Assembly: GCF_006345805.1 (NCBI RefSeq)
Contig: NC_043006.1
Coordinates: 33,046,001 to 33,110,000, forward strand
DNA from: Octopus sinensis
Taxonomy: Eukaryota
Direction of reading: 5' to 3'
DNA length: 64,000 bases
The notes beneath the pieces are model-generated. The model was not told where the DNA came from and did no database searches. It saw only the letters and a program-made list of their open reading frames with translations. The translations under genes were made by a program, and so were the position numbers. Every line of letters starts with the position of its first letter. Position 1 is the first letter of the stretch. This document shows positions 13,279-27,533 of this stretch, in pieces.

Positions 13279-13925
13279 GAGAGAGAGAGAGAAGGGGGAG
13301 ATTGAGAGAAACAGGTGTGCAAGAGAGTTTTACAAAAGTTATATCTCCGACATTACTTGAAGACGTTCTGCAACTTTTAGTAAGCTTAAAAATCAGTAAT
13401 TGTAATTATCCATTTGAAGTTCAAAGAAAATCTAATTACATATTAGCCTCAATAGGTCAATGAAATTATACTTTGCTCGCCTAATTACTACTCTATGATA
13501 TGAAATGATTTTACTTCTTTGCTACTTATTAATTTATCTATTTATTTATCTTGGAACTCATTTGCAAGACTTGTTTTCTACAATTTTCTCATTGACATTT
13601 TTAAAATCCCTATCTGTAGCAAGAATCATAGTAGAGAAAATTCTTGAAACTAGTCTCACGAGTCACGTTCCCGCTTTGACTGATTCACATTTGGAATAAT
13701 TACACTTTATGTACACTAATGACACAAACATAAGTCATAAGACTTTTGGTTTTCCAATCGTTTCTGTTACAAATTTGTAGTCATGATTACAAATATTCAG
13801 ATTAACTATCAGTTAAGCATATGTATATTTGTTTTAGATTTGTAATTCATAAAATGACGGTGTCTCGTACAAACAGTGACAAGTACTAATAGTTACAAAA
13901 TTAAAATGCTTAATATTTAATTCTG

Positions 13926-14240
13926 AGGTGCAATGGCCCAGTGGTTAGGGAAGCGAACTCGCGGTCGGAGGATCGCGGTTTCGATTCCCAGACCGGGCAT
14001 TGTGTGTGTTTATTGAGCGAAAACACCTAAAGCTCCACGAAGCTCCGGCAGGGGGTGGTGGAGACCCCTGTTGTACTCTTTCACCCCAACTTTCTCTCAC
14101 TCTTTATTCCTGTTTCTTGAGTAACGCTGCGATAGACTGGCGTCCCGTGCAACTGGGGGGAACACATACGTCAGAGAAACCGGGAAACCGGGCCCATAAG
14201 CCTGACTAGGCTTGAAAAGGGCTTAAGAATGAAGAAGAAT
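13926..14240 (+). mobile_element. SINE family C (tRNA-type head)
   Basis: gaggtgcaatggcccagtggttaggg A box and ggtttcgattccc B box; similar to 22172-22550. Confidence 0.8.
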
Positions 14241-14949
14241 ATTTAATTCTATATCATGTTTCAATCAGAAACATGTCTATCGCTTAAAAAGGCTGCATAC
14301 TTTAGTAAAATTTAGTATTTCGTCTGTATTGATGAGGTTAATAAACCGTAAAATTCTATTATTAACAATTAGCCAAGTAACCAAAAATAGCCCTGATTGT
14401 GAAATGGTTTCGTAAATGTCCCAGGTTTTGTATCGCTTAAGAACATTCAATAATTAAATAAAATCTCTCACCTCTCTGAGAATCAGTCCCATGGTCCTGT
14501 TTGGTTTTTATAGTGAAGTTATGGCTTTTCAAATGATATTCAAGATTTGAAACGGGACATGCTAACTAATAAAATATCCCTCAGTTATACATTTAGTACT
14601 TAACACCTTAATGGACTTGGGACAATATTTTCAATAACCATGTTAAAAGAATATTGTGTTGAAATTGTATTTCACCAACCTCAGCGGTAGATTATACAGA
14701 CTTAATGTAATGCAGTTTTGCTTGTATCAGTCGAGGAATATTCTTGCAGAAATATGTTAGAAATAAATAGCTGTTGTCATCTTTGAACACACGTTATTCA
14801 GTCGAATATACATTTTCTTGACAAATTACTAAATTGTTCTTGTGCGTACATTCTATACATTAACCACAGTGAACTCTGTATTAATATGTCAGAAGACATG
14901 TTTTACAAATAACTCTTACAATAGCGGCAAAATAAATCGAACAGTAATA

Positions 14950-14960
14950 ATAACAACTAC

Positions 14961-15022
<62 letters not shown>

Positions 15023-15052
15023 TAACAATAACAATAACAATAATAATAACAA

Positions 15053-15120
<68 letters not shown>

Positions 15121-15160
15121 ATAATATTAATAATAATAATAATAACAATAGTAATAATAA

Positions 15161-15191
<31 letters not shown>

Positions 15192-15302
15192 AGATGCATG
15201 TGCCTGGTGTACCTTTATCAGACGGGTAGTCATGATGGGTATATTGGGCTTCGTATATTTTACCCCAGTGTCACTTTGATGGCATGAACTGCTCTCTCAC
15301 TC

Positions 15303-15344
<42 letters not shown>

Positions 15345-15345
15345 G
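14950..15345. repeat. Compound (TAA)n(TAG)n microsatellite with inserted repeat fragment
   Basis: Read directly. Confidence 0.95.
15192..15303 (+). mobile_element. Short 3' fragment of the family at 3838-4372
   Basis: Similar to 4280-4370; flanked by (TAA)n on both sides. Confidence 0.6.
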
Positions 15346-15471
15346 TTAAGATGTTATTTCAACATGGCGTGCTAGAATCAGATTGATAAAACAGAGAAAC
15401 ATACAGAGTTAAAGTCACAAGATTCTATGCGCGCGCACGTATGTGTGTTTCTATGTGTGTGTGTGTGTGTG

Positions 15472-15506
<35 letters not shown>

Positions 15507-15580
15507 TTTGTGTGTATGTGTATGTGTTCGCGTGGGGGCACGTTCGTATGTGTGTCTGTGTTTGCATGTATAATACACAG

Positions 15581-15682
<102 letters not shown>

Positions 15683-15764
15683 AGTACCAAGTAAATGGCT
15701 GTTGTTGTTTATTTGATTTTACAATATAACGTAATTTCTATGATTTTGTGTGTCATTTTTCCAG

Positions 15765-15825
15765 GTTCTCCAATCGTCTCAACCGGCGTATGGGCAACAG
15801 TAATGATATTCTACAGTGAATCCAG
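15765..15825 (+). CDS. PDFR: Class B GPCR (PDF-receptor-like) internal exon, TM4 C-terminal half/ECL2: (G)SPIVSTGVWATVMIFYSES(S)
   Basis: Acceptor tgtcatttttccag and donor AG|gtaaat; 61 nt, phase 1 to 2. Matches the class B IGW|GxP junction and splices in frame to 20013. Confidence 0.85.
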
Positions 15826-16094
15826 GTAAATGAAATAATATTCAACTGACATTTCTCTAATAATCGTATTATGCTGAAAAGAAATCAACATGAGTTGGAA
15901 GGATAAAAAGAAACTATAATATGTTAGAAATATATACGGTTTTCTATGTATTGCGTGATTGTTTGGAATCATAGGTTTGTGTGGAATGTGTTTGCATGAG
16001 TGAGTGTCTAATTCAATGACCTTTAAGAAATGGAAGTATTCTCAAGAAGCCATTACTAAACACAAAGATTTGAAGGCGGTGATGTCTAGATGTA

Positions 16095-16443
16095 GGCGCA
16101 GAGGTAGCTGTGTGGTGGGAAGCTCGCTTCCCAGTTACATGGTTCTGGGTTCGGCTCCACTGCGTGCCTTCGGGTCGACTGAAGCCTCGTGAGTGGATTT
16201 GGTAGATGGAAACAGAAAGAAGCCCGCGATATGAGTATCGTTGTGTCTGTGTTTGTCCTCCACAACCGCTTGACAACCGGTGTTGATGTGTTTATGTCAC
16301 CGTAGTTTAGCGGTTCGTCAAAACTAGCCGACAGAAAGAGTACCAGGCATAAACAATAAATAGTCGGGATAATTCGTTGGCTAGAATTCCTTAAGGCGGT
16401 GCCTCCAGAATGGGCGTAGTCTAATGACTGACACAAGTAAAAG
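16095..16443 (+). mobile_element. SINE family A
   Basis: ggcgcag..tgtgtggt..ggttctgggttc head and ggcggtg..aatgactg tail. Confidence 0.8.
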
Positions 16444-17900
16444 GTAAATGATATTTCTCAAAGACATTCAAATCTGAAGTGAAGTAAAATGGTTCGTGAT
16501 GCACTAGATGTCGTTGCTTCAAAGGTTGTAGTACTTTAGGTCATCCTTTAGCGTCGTTTCAGCCGTGACCACGCCATCAATTTCTATGCCAATGAATTTC
16601 TATTTAATGGGGTTTATGGAGAATAAACAGTGATATTTCCAGCACATGATGGAAAATTGAGCTACCTCATGGTTTTGTTTTGAATCACTGCTACAGTGTT
16701 TTCGTTATCAGTACTAGTGACTTTGTAACATAAAGTTACCATTTCTTTCTATAAATGCAAAGAAACTTAGAATTTCACTCTACTAACTTTCAAGTCTGAA
16801 AATGTTGCTGTTCAAGAAAAAATTGTCGGAGTAACTAGTATGTTTCTAAATAGTCATTAGAATATGTTTCGTTTCGCCCAACGACAAGCCGTAACCACTC
16901 TCTCATTTTCACCAGACATATTGTAATTAGTTCTCTATATCTGCGCATATTCTATTCAGTTGTACATTGTCTACCCATAAAAGATTATACATTTTAATTA
17001 GGTCTTAATCAATACTGCCAGGCACACAAAGTATTTGACAAGGGATTTCATGATAATAGGGGCCCAATTTTTACGTATTTATACTTTGGATAGCCATTAA
17101 TAAATAAATACTGCAAGACCCGATGCAGCGATTTGGTCGAAGGCCTCTAATACTGCCAAAAATGTTCTGCTCCCGATTATTTGTCTTTAATTTCGAAAAT
17201 TATAGGATAATATTTGAGGGATATTAACCAGTTTTATCTAGCATACGAAGCGACTGAGCTGAAGTTCTATCATTAACTCACAATTAGCACATGTTTTGAT
17301 ACAGAGACAAACTTCACATATTGTCTTGTTATATTTCTCTACTACTTTTCATTAGTACAGAAATATTAACGAATGTGATGGCGGCGAGCACGCCATTAGT
17401 TCAATAACTTCAACTTCCTTGCTGCTGCTCACAACAAGAATTACCGCTGGACATCAATATTGCTATCGTCTTCTTAATGCAATTAATTGAAAGCAATCAA
17501 GAAATGTTGCCCAAAGGGTGGATAAATGCGAAACCGAAACAACAGCTTGTAATAGAAATAACAAAATACAATTTAAATGAATAAATGAATAACAATACAA
17601 AGGAGCAGCAATATTACGGCATAATGGAATCTATTTTGCATGAAACACATGTTATATACAGTTAATATATATATATATATATATGATATATACATATACT
17701 TAACTATATACATATACTTAAATATATACATATATGCGTGTGCGTGTGCGTGAGTGTAGTTCGCAGGGTTTACAAAAACTAATTACTAATTAGTGATAAG
17801 TACATCTTCAGAACTTTTTATTTACTTTATGTATATTTACATATACGCGCACACGTACATATATCTATACAAACATATTCATACACACACTCACCCCCCC

Positions 17901-17955
<55 letters not shown>

Positions 17956-18714
17956 TATATGTGTGTATATAATATATATGCGTATATATATGAATGTGTG
18001 TGTCCGCGTGTATGTGTTTTGTTTGTTTATTTGTTACTGTATGCACTATCAATCAATAAGTAAACAAAACTATTGCAATATTGATTTCCGACATATCGAA
18101 GCGGCTCTTCATATCTATTTATAGAAAATGGTAAACGTATTTAAAAACTATTCTCAACAGACCTTGAGAAACGTGTTCAACTGATTCGGAATGTTGAATT
18201 AACAACATATTGGGAGTAATACAAACACGCATGCATACATTCATACATGCATGCATACATACAGTCAGACAGACAGACAGACACACGCATACACACATAC
18301 GCCCACACATACAGAGGTATGTGTCTGTGTATGTTTGTATGTATATATGTACACAATGCATTTGCATCCGTACGTGTGTATGTATGTGAATATGTTTACA
18401 AGTGTAGCTTTGTACTAACTATAAATGATGGACGATACTCCAATGATGTCTGTAGTTGTGCTATTTGTAGGCAGGCCCTCTTAGAACAATATGATTGCTC
18501 TTAGATTTGAAGTGGAAATAGATGTGGGTGTGGAGAAATTTGCAGGGATCTAATTTTGAGTGGAAAATGTTGACAATGAATTTATCGCTGAGCTTCGAAA
18601 ATAAAATGTCACAATGGGGGAAAGTTGAGGAGGAGAGACCACAGTTCCTGTCAGCCTAGGTTCAAGTTTTACGCAGGTAGTCATATCAGAGGAGTATAAG
18701 TTGTTGAAATATGA

Positions 18715-18955
18715 GTGAAAGCCTGTGGTCTAGTGGTTAGGCATGTTGTACTCATGATCTTGAGATCATGGTTTCGATTCCTTGACTGGCTGCGTGTTGT
18801 GTTCTTGAGCAAAAACACTTCATTTTACGTTGCTCAATCTGCGATGGAGTAAGCTTGTGATCAAGAGAACTGTTGGCCTACTCGCCAAGCCAGCGGGGTG
18901 GCATCATTCGAAATCTAAAAAAAAGCGGTTCGAAGCGCATTGTTACCAGCGATGT
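18715..18955 (+). mobile_element. tRNA-type SINE (related head, diverged)
   Basis: gtggtctagtggttagg A box, ggtttcgattcc B box, then gttcttgagcaaaaacact. Confidence 0.6.
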
Positions 18956-20012
18956 ATAACAATATTCTCAGTCTGGTTGATCCTGTGTTTAGGTGATAAT
19001 TTCATGAAATCAAAGAAGAAACAGGGAATCATACTGAAGATTGACTATTTGCCAGTTATATCATCCTGAATTTTAGGATTGCCATAACGTTTATTTGTGT
19101 GTGAAAGGAACGCGTTTTCTTCTGAGTTAACACAACTCTAATATCATCTAAAATGAACGTGACGAGAAAACTAGCAATTGTGTGGTCACGTGAACTGCCT
19201 ATGCAACTACGTTTCATTTGTAGGACACACACGCACACATAGACACAGACACAGACACACACATGCACACATATGAGATATGAGAATTATTTCAGGACAT
19301 ATTTGTTAATTTAATGAAACAATTCTAACAAAAAAAATGCATTTTATTATAAATATGTGTGCATGTTCTGAAGAAGCTTGAGAGGTGTTTGCGTGAGAAG
19401 ATGTGCGTGAGAAAAGAGAGAGAGAGAGAGAGTGGGGGGGGAGAAATTCAGATCGAAAAAGAGGTAGTATGAAAAGCTGAAGGAAAGGGAGAGTGGTTAA
19501 AGAGAAACACAAAGGGAAACGATAGCAGACATTCACGCTGTAAACTGGCAATATTTTTGTTTCACACTAACACTTCTATACTGATACGACTCTATAACCA
19601 CCAATAGTCTTTCAACATCTCTTTTAGAAATATATGAAGTTTGAGAGTGTGTGATGGAGAGAGAAAATGATTCGATTAGTAGGGAGATATTTTTGTATGC
19701 ATATAGATGCATGTACATGTGTGTGTTTGTCTGCATACACAAATGCAGTATATATATATATATATATATATACGCACACATATAGCTCTACGTATGCATT
19801 TTAGCTCGGAGTGGGCGTATGTCGATCATGGCATAAATATATACTTCTATTGTAGAGTGAGCGAGTAAGAAAGGGAAATTGAATAATAGGACGCACTTTC
19901 CAATATAGTTTGTGAATCGATAATCAAATTAGATGACCTAGAAATGTTAAGACATCGTGTTTTATTTTTATACTCTCTTCTTTATTAATACATTACTTTT
20001 TTTCCATTTCAG

Positions 20013-20082
20013 TTGTTGGCTGTCCTATTACTTCTTTCCTTATATTTGGATAATGGATGGTCAACGATTGGCTGTGATCGTG
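20013..20082 (+). CDS. PDFR: Class B GPCR (PDF-receptor-like) exon, ECL2 Cys-Trp and start of TM5: CWLSYYFFPYIWIMDGQRLAVIV
   Basis: Acceptor ttttccatttcag and donor GTG|gtaagt; 70 nt, phase 2 to 0. Resembles the CWxxYxxxPYxWIxxGPRLAVI signature recalled for PDF receptors. Confidence 0.9.
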
Positions 20083-20734
20083 GTAAGTATCAATTCTTCC
20101 TCATTAAATCTATAAAAGTTTCATAGACTATAATATAGCATTCATATTGTGTTCACTTCTACTTTATTCGACTCAATTTGATGGTTATTGATATGCAGTC
20201 AGTCAGCAAAATAATATCCGCCAATCAGCTGAATTTTTATATTTGTTTTCGATGTACTTTCTTGGGAAGTGATTTTATCTGGGACCGATGTCAAAATTAA
20301 TGTAATTACAGCGTGGAAGATACCTGTGAGCCATTCCAAAACACAGAAAAACTGTTAACCTCACTTAAACATTTATTATTTAGAAGGATGAAAATTCCGA
20401 CCAAATAAGAAATGTTGAAGTAAAGTTGACAGTTTTTCTGTATTTTGAATGGTTTCGTGTCTTTCATACTGTCCTTGGTTTATATTTCTGTTAATAGTAA
20501 AGAAAAAAATGAATGTCTCGCTTTGGTGCAACATTAAGTTCTTTTCTGTCCAAATAGAAGATGCTTCTCTGAATCGAACTAGTATGTTTCAGGTGGTTAT
20601 GGCTTTTAGTCTTCTTCCAAAAGGGATGCAAAGCAATTTACCTGGTAAGATATCAACAGGAAAGTGAGAAAAGGGAGAAACTGCAATCTCCTGGTTGAAA
20701 TAAGCTGGGGTCTGTACAATTCCGTAGAAACAAT

Positions 20735-20746
20735 TTATTTATTTAT

Positions 20747-20777
<31 letters not shown>

Positions 20778-21560
20778 CTTTTTGGCACAAAAGCAAATAG
20801 CAAGGCCATGTAGGGGGACATGGAGTTAAGTACAGGGTGGTGTTCATGTAAAGAGTTCAGGCCACTTGAGGTCAAGGGAGACTTTGAACAAAGCGGTCGT
20901 CGGCATCTTCACCATCTCGTCTGGCAGCTTGTTCCACGGATCCGCAACCCGGACGGAGAAAGCTCCTCTCCTTCGATTAAGTTGAAATCGTCGCAGGTAG
21001 AGCTTTACGGAATGACCCCGCAGCCGACGCTCTGGGGCAGGAGTGAAGAACAGCTCTTTCGAGAGGTTACACTTTCCGCTTATGATGTTGTGAGCGAGAA
21101 TGAGATCACCACGGCGGCGGCGTTTTTCTAGAGAATAATGGTCGAGCGTCCTCAGCCTTTCTTCATAAGACAAATTTTTGAGACCATGAACCATGCGGGT
21201 TGCCAGCTTCTGGACTCTTTCAAGATGCTGTATGTCTTTGAGGAGATAAGGAGAAGAGGCTTGAATCCCGTACTCCAATATGGGTCTCACCAGCGTGACA
21301 TAGAGTGGTAGGAATATGGCTGCTGTGAGCATTCCGAATGACCGTCGAATCAAGAACAGAATTCCGCGTGCTTTGTTGGCAGCACGGACGCACCGGGCCG
21401 AAGGCGAAAAGGAGGAATCCGCCAAGATACCCAGGTCCTTTACCTGATCGTTCCTCTCCAGCAGCAGACGACCCGGCTCGAAATCAAGTTGAGTTGCAGG
21501 AGGAGAGCCAACAGGCAGATGACAGCACTTTGACACGTTCAGACACAAGTCCCATTCGTT
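20735..21560 (-). mobile_element. 5'-truncated CR1-clade LINE with intact 234-codon RT C-terminus and (TAAC)n(TAAA)n tail
   Basis: ORF 20844-21548: VKDLGI..LYVTLVRPILEY..LERVQKLATRMVHGL..LSYEERL..SLEKRRRRGDLI..RGHSVKL..FSVRVADPWNKLP. Short-tandem tail at 20735-20777. Confidence 0.93.
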
Positions 21561-21924
21561 AGACCACCTCCAAATTGCTTGATAAGAGGGGTTATCTTAG
21601 AAATAAGTCTCCTTACCTTGAACTTGAACACCCGAAAAGCTCTTTCGCAAACAGGTCGTCCTTTGGAATTATACTTATGTTTTTGTGTTGACTATGCAGA
21701 AGTTTTATGAAATTTTTAGGACTACAATTAGTCTGAGAGGGAAAAGATATCTTTAAATTGTCTTCAAATGTGTACCAAGGTTGAAGGTGCAATTTATTTT
21801 ACACAGACCCCACCCAAATAAAAATCTTCCAATTCATAATGGCTACAGAACATTTAACGGCAGTAATATTGGTTTCACTTTTTAACATTTACATGAGAGG
21901 GGGTTAACTGATTATATCAACCCT

Positions 21925-22050
21925 CAACTAGTATTTACTTTATCGACTTTCAAAAGGATGAATGGTAAAGCCGACCCCGATGGCATTTGAACTCGGAACG
22001 TGAAGTCGGAAGAAATGCATTTTCTACGGCTCGGTACCATTCTGCCGCCT
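21925..22050 (-). mobile_element. SINE family B (diverged)
   Basis: tttatcgac..aaaggatgaatggtaaag..atttgaactc motifs. Confidence 0.6.
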
Positions 22051-22171
22051 CACCATCGTAAAACAGCAGGAATATTAACTGTTCTTTATTTGTAGTTTTT
22101 ACCCCTGCTTTTCTTTTTTCTAGTTTTTTTTTTTTTGGTTTTACCTTTTGTGTAAGTGTTACGATATACCG

Positions 22172-22550
22172 TGAGGCGCAATGGCCAAGTGGTTAGGGAG
22201 GCGGGCTCGCGGTCGTAGGATCGCGATTTTGATTCCCAAACCAGGCGTTTGGAATGTTCATTAAGCGAAAACACCTAAAGCTCCACGTGCCTCCGGCAGG
22301 GGCTGCGGCGAGCCCTACTGTACTCTTTCACCACAACTTTCTCTCACTCTGTCTTCCTGTTTCTGTTGCATCTGTATTTTAAAGGTCCCATCTTGTCACA
22401 CTGTGTCACGTTGAATCTCTCCAAGAACTGCGTTAAGGATACGCGTGTCTGTGGAGTGCTCAGCCACCTGCACATTAATTTCACGAGCAGGCTGTTCCGT
22501 TGATCGGATCAACTAGAACCCTCGTCGTTGTAACCGACTGAGTGCCACGA
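22172..22550 (+). mobile_element. SINE family C
   Basis: gaggcgcaatggccaagtggttaggg..gattccc..gaaaacacctaaagctccacg. Confidence 0.8.
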
Positions 22551-23601
22551 TGATATACATATCTCGGTCTATTATGGCTTCCCAGCTTTACACGAACGCT
22601 TAAACTGATTAAATAAATAAATTATTAATTAATTAAATTCTATCGGGTATGCATTAAGGTTTAATGGGAACCTATATGTAGCGCATAAAAAGATTGTAGA
22701 ATTTGCACTTTGGATTTTAAATGCCGTAACATGAAACCCATTTGACCATTGTGTTTTAGATAAATACTTTTTGAGAAATATACACCTGGAAGTCATAGAA
22801 ATGCTAATCTTTTATAAACTGCATCGTTGATGCAAAGAACTGAATAATCAGCGCATTACTCTCTTCCAACACACACACACACACACGTATAGACATCGAA
22901 ATGATCCGCGTGATTTAAAGAACTTGTTTGACATTTTGTGGCTTCGTGTAAAACTATTGAAATTCATTAAATCAATAATAATTCTTTAAGAAAAATATCA
23001 CTAATTCTTCAAAAATAATGAAAGAAAATCCCCGGCAATTTTTTTCTTACTAATTCAAGATGGTGCTAATTCATTTTCTAATGGAATAAATTTTACAGAT
23101 TTTAAAGCAATGCAAAGGAGATTTCCTGATTAAAAAAATAAAATTGCAATTGAAATTATTTGTTTCCTTATTTCCGAAGATGGATTTCAAACTCTAATAA
23201 ACAATAATGTCCAGCAGGAACTGAACCTCACTCTTTTATGATATTGAATATCTTTCAACTACATTAGAATATTTTTACGATGTAAGTTGATCGTGTTATC
23301 ACGGGTTCAAAAATTTATTACATTTTTATACAATTACGTCTGTTGATTTTACAACAAACTAATCCTGGGAGATATTTTAATTTGCTTTCTGAATGTCACG
23401 TGGAACAGGGATACTGTTGGGTCGAATTTTCGTCGGTGTCGACGATTAGCATTCAGCTGTTCGGGCAACTATTTTTCTCCTTATAAAATCAAAGTGTAGA
23501 ACACTGAGTTGTTCAATATAACGTGTACCATTAAGTAAAATCTTGGCCTGAATCAGCCTGACACAGTTTAATAAAGTTGGCATTTCAAGTTCAGATATCA
23601 C

Positions 23602-23650
<49 letters not shown>

Positions 23651-24522
23651 AAATTGCGGTACTGGACTGGTGTATTATTTACCGACACTGGAAAATTGAA
23701 AGTCAAATTCGACGTTGGTGGGACCTGAACTGGGAGCAGAAGCTCAGATCAAATATATTGCAAGATATTCTAACTGATGCATAAACAATGTTCCTAATTT
23801 GTTGCATGGCAACAGGAGTGTAAGATAAAAAGCTTTGAGAAACCTCTTAAGACAGCTTTTATTCGGATTATTTTAATGGGAGTAACCTTATAAGATTTAA
23901 CACACGCAAAAGACCAGAATTTTCAGGAAAGAGAAAAGTCGATCAATTTAATCGACCCCAGTAAACAACTGGTACTTTATTTCTTCAGGACTGGATGGCA
24001 GAGTCACCTCCAGTAGGATTCGAACGGACAATGCTTAAACATAAATATTATATATAATGGTTGACACAGATTATATTAATCTCATGTAAGATAATAAAAT
24101 TGGTGAAAGGTCATTTGTTTCAAATTTTAATTATTTTCCTATTTAGATAATTGTAATTTTACATAGATTAAAATATTGATTTTTAATTTTGACATCAGAT
24201 TCCGAAATTTATGGGACAGATAGAAAAGAACTGATAAAGAGAATATACTAATAATTCTTATTTTATCGATCTGGAAAAAATGTAATGCAACAAAATATCT
24301 GTACGATCTAGAATATGATTGTAACGGACAAAAGAAAATCCCGCATTGGAGTTTATCACACTGCAATGTAACCAAACTAAATATCACACAATATTTATTA
24401 GGAAAGTGATAGAACTGACGAAGTGAGGGAGCAAAGGACGATATTAATTCCGGGCGTTTTCGTTTTGAGCTTAAATCCTGTCGAGGTTAACTTTGCATTT
24501 CAACTTTATGAAGATAACGCAT

Positions 24523-24910
24523 GGCGCAGGCATGGTTGCCTGGTAAGAAGCTTGCTTCCAAGCCACATGGTTACAAGTTCAGTCCCTCAGCATGATGCTT
24601 TAACCAAATGTCTTTTAACGTGGCCTCGAGCCGACCAAAGCCTTGTGAGTGCATTTGGCAGACAGAAACTGAAGGAAACACTTCGTATCCATTTGTGTGT
24701 GAGTGTGTGTGATTTTGTGTGTATCCTCTACCACGGCTTGACAAGGTGTTAGTATGTTTACATCCCCATAACTTAGCAGTTCATCAAAAGAAACGAAATC
24801 CTTAAAACAAAATAGAAATTAGTCCTGTGGTCGATTCATTCGTCTAAAAAGATTTTCAAGGAGGTGCCCCAGCATGGCCGCAGTCTAATGACTGAAACAA
24901 GTGAAGAGAA
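24523..24910 (+). mobile_element. SINE family A
   Basis: Full head, body and ccagcatggccgcagtctaatgactgaaac tail. Confidence 0.8.
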
Positions 24911-26239
24911 AAAGATAATAGAGTACCAGTCAACTACTGAGGTCGGTCTACTCAAGTATATGACGAGACCCCAAATCTATAGCTGTAGAAAAATAACAAT
25001 TATGGCGATTAACAAATTTTTAAGATTTTTGGAAAAAATGCCTAGAAATATTTAACGGTGACCGCGTAAGATTGTGTGTTCTAAGAACTCCACAAGAAAT
25101 ATTGTTTCTTATCCGTTGAGATAAATAAGATGAGTATTAGTCAAGAACTGTAGTCGCTTTAATTGACTTATTCGTCTCAGGAAAAGTTTGTTTAGGACCT
25201 CGGTCGCTCATAGATTAGAATTCAGTTGTTCAATCAACTGAATTAACTGCCCTTGAATCAGCGTATGACTGGTTGAGTATTTCTTAGACACGTGTACTTT
25301 AAAGTCAATTCTCAGAGTCTAAAGGAACCTGACATTGTGTAACAGCTAGGAACCAACAGCGTCGATAGATTGGTCAGTGTTGAGAACACAATTTATCTGA
25401 CGTTACGGTCGACCCTTTATGTTTGTAGAGGAAGAAGATGAGGGAGAACAGTGAAGAGCTTAAGATGGCGGAGTCAATAGAATTTGCTGACCTAAAAGCA
25501 TTGCCGCGTTTCGGTTTTATTTCTGTCCAGTATGGTTTCAAATGCTATCGGAGCTAATAAGTATTAATACTAGAACAGAGGTGCATAGTGATGGTGTATA
25601 GAAGGATTTGTATCATTTTAAACATAAAAATTATTATTTTGTTCCGTTGCAATTTTGTTTTTATAAATGATAATAGTATCTTTCTATTTTCTTCTCAATA
25701 TCTGTTGACATATGTATACATATATCTACTATATAAATGCGAGTGTATGGGGTTATGCATGTGTGTTTAGACATGAAAGGATCTGAAACGGTGCATCCTC
25801 AAGAAAAACGAACTTGATATTCGAAACCTGCATCTCAAAGACAATGTCGACCGTAAATAATAATACAAAAAAAAAGCATAATTCGATACGAAAAATAACT
25901 TTTACATTCTCAAATCTCCCACTCTTTCCTATCACCATCAGTCTACCCCTCCCTATATATGATATTTATCTTTGACAGTCACTCCCTCTGCTGTGTATAT
26001 ATTAACTCTCACACATTGCTTTCATTTTGTTCCAAAGCTCTAATATCTTTTAATACTTACATTCATATTATCACAGCCATTACGCACAAATCCTGTTCTC
26101 TGATTGGGTAAAAATGATCAAATTTTAAACCAATGACATTTTTCTAAAATATTTCTGGAATGAATAAATTGCAAACTCGAGAAAATTTGAAAATTTTCAC
26201 TTAATTTTACATTTTCAAAATCTGTGACAGCAACAACAA

Positions 26240-26323
<84 letters not shown>

Positions 26324-26989
26324 TTGCCTGTCTCTTTCATCTTCTCATGGTAAATTTTCCTAATCTCTATAAAAGTACATCGCTCACGCTAAGTGTTTAT
26401 GCATGTAGGAAAGGAATTTCATTAGGGCGACAAAGTGATTTAAAAAAGGCATGTAATAGATAATATATTCTAATAACATACTCTTCTGTTAGTAAATATG
26501 CTTTTCTTACACTCACATAACACGGCCTTTACTTGATGTGGGGGTGGCGTTTTAAAAACTGTTGTTGTCTCTTAAATCACAGCAAGCACCACTTCATCGT
26601 CATTCTTTTGAAAAGTACTTATGGGGAGAAAAATATTGAAAAACATCAACACACATAAGAGTAACAAAGAAACGAGGAAGGTACCAGGCAGTCATGGGAT
26701 GTACTAGAAACAACCCCTAAATCTTCCTTAAATCACACACCTTTTCATTTGAAAACTATTTTGAATTTATAAACAGAAGCAAATTGCAGATTCTGAGTGT
26801 CCGCATTTCAAAACTATGTCAAAGAAAAGAAAATCGAAGAAAAGCCGAGATTTTAGGATTAAATTGTTAATGAAAAAATTAAAACAAGATTTCACGATTA
26901 TTTTTGAATTACGTTACATTAAATTATTTTTATCTCTCACGGGATGGAGTACTTTTTTATCTTAACGGAACAGTAATCTCTGTGTGTGT

Positions 26990-27048
<59 letters not shown>

Positions 27049-27141
27049 CGTGTGCGTGTGTGTAGAATTAGAGTCGTAGTGTGCATGAATAAACGCGATT
27101 GCAGTGACTTTATAGCCTCTAAAGTTAATTCATAATACTCA

Positions 27142-27533
27142 GCAGGAGTGGCTGTGTGGTAAGTAGCTTGCTTACCAACCACATGGTTCCGGGTTCAGTC
27201 CCACTGCGTGGCACCTTGGGCAAGTGTTTTCTACTATAGCCTCGGGCCGACAAAAGCCTTGTGAGTGGATTTGGTAGACGGAAACTGAAAGAAGCCTGTC
27301 GTATATGTGTGTATATATAAATATGTGTGTGTCTGTGTTTGTTCCCCCTAACATCGCTTGACAACCAATGCTGGTGTGTTTATGTCCCCGTCACTTAGCG
27401 GTTCGGCACAAGAGATCGATAGAATAAGTACTGGGCTTACAAAGAATAAGTCCAAGGGTCGATTTGCTCGACTAAAGGCGGTGCTCCAGCATGGCTGCAG
27501 TCAAATGACTGAAACAAGTAAAAGAGTAAAGAG
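27142..27533 (+). mobile_element. SINE family A (near-consensus copy)
   Basis: gtggctgtgtggtaag A-box-like and ggttcagtccc B-box-like motifs; tail ggcggtgctccagcatggctgcagtcaaatgactgaaacaagtaaaagag. Confidence 0.9.

Noticed and set aside
13926-14000. tRNA-like sequence
   Set aside because: A/B boxes belong to a SINE head with no complete cloverleaf; the same applies to the other SINE heads.
20558-20644. Possible + strand cassette exon (aaatag|AAG..CTG|gtaaga)
   Set aside because: Would introduce a stop in the PDFR frame; no other support.
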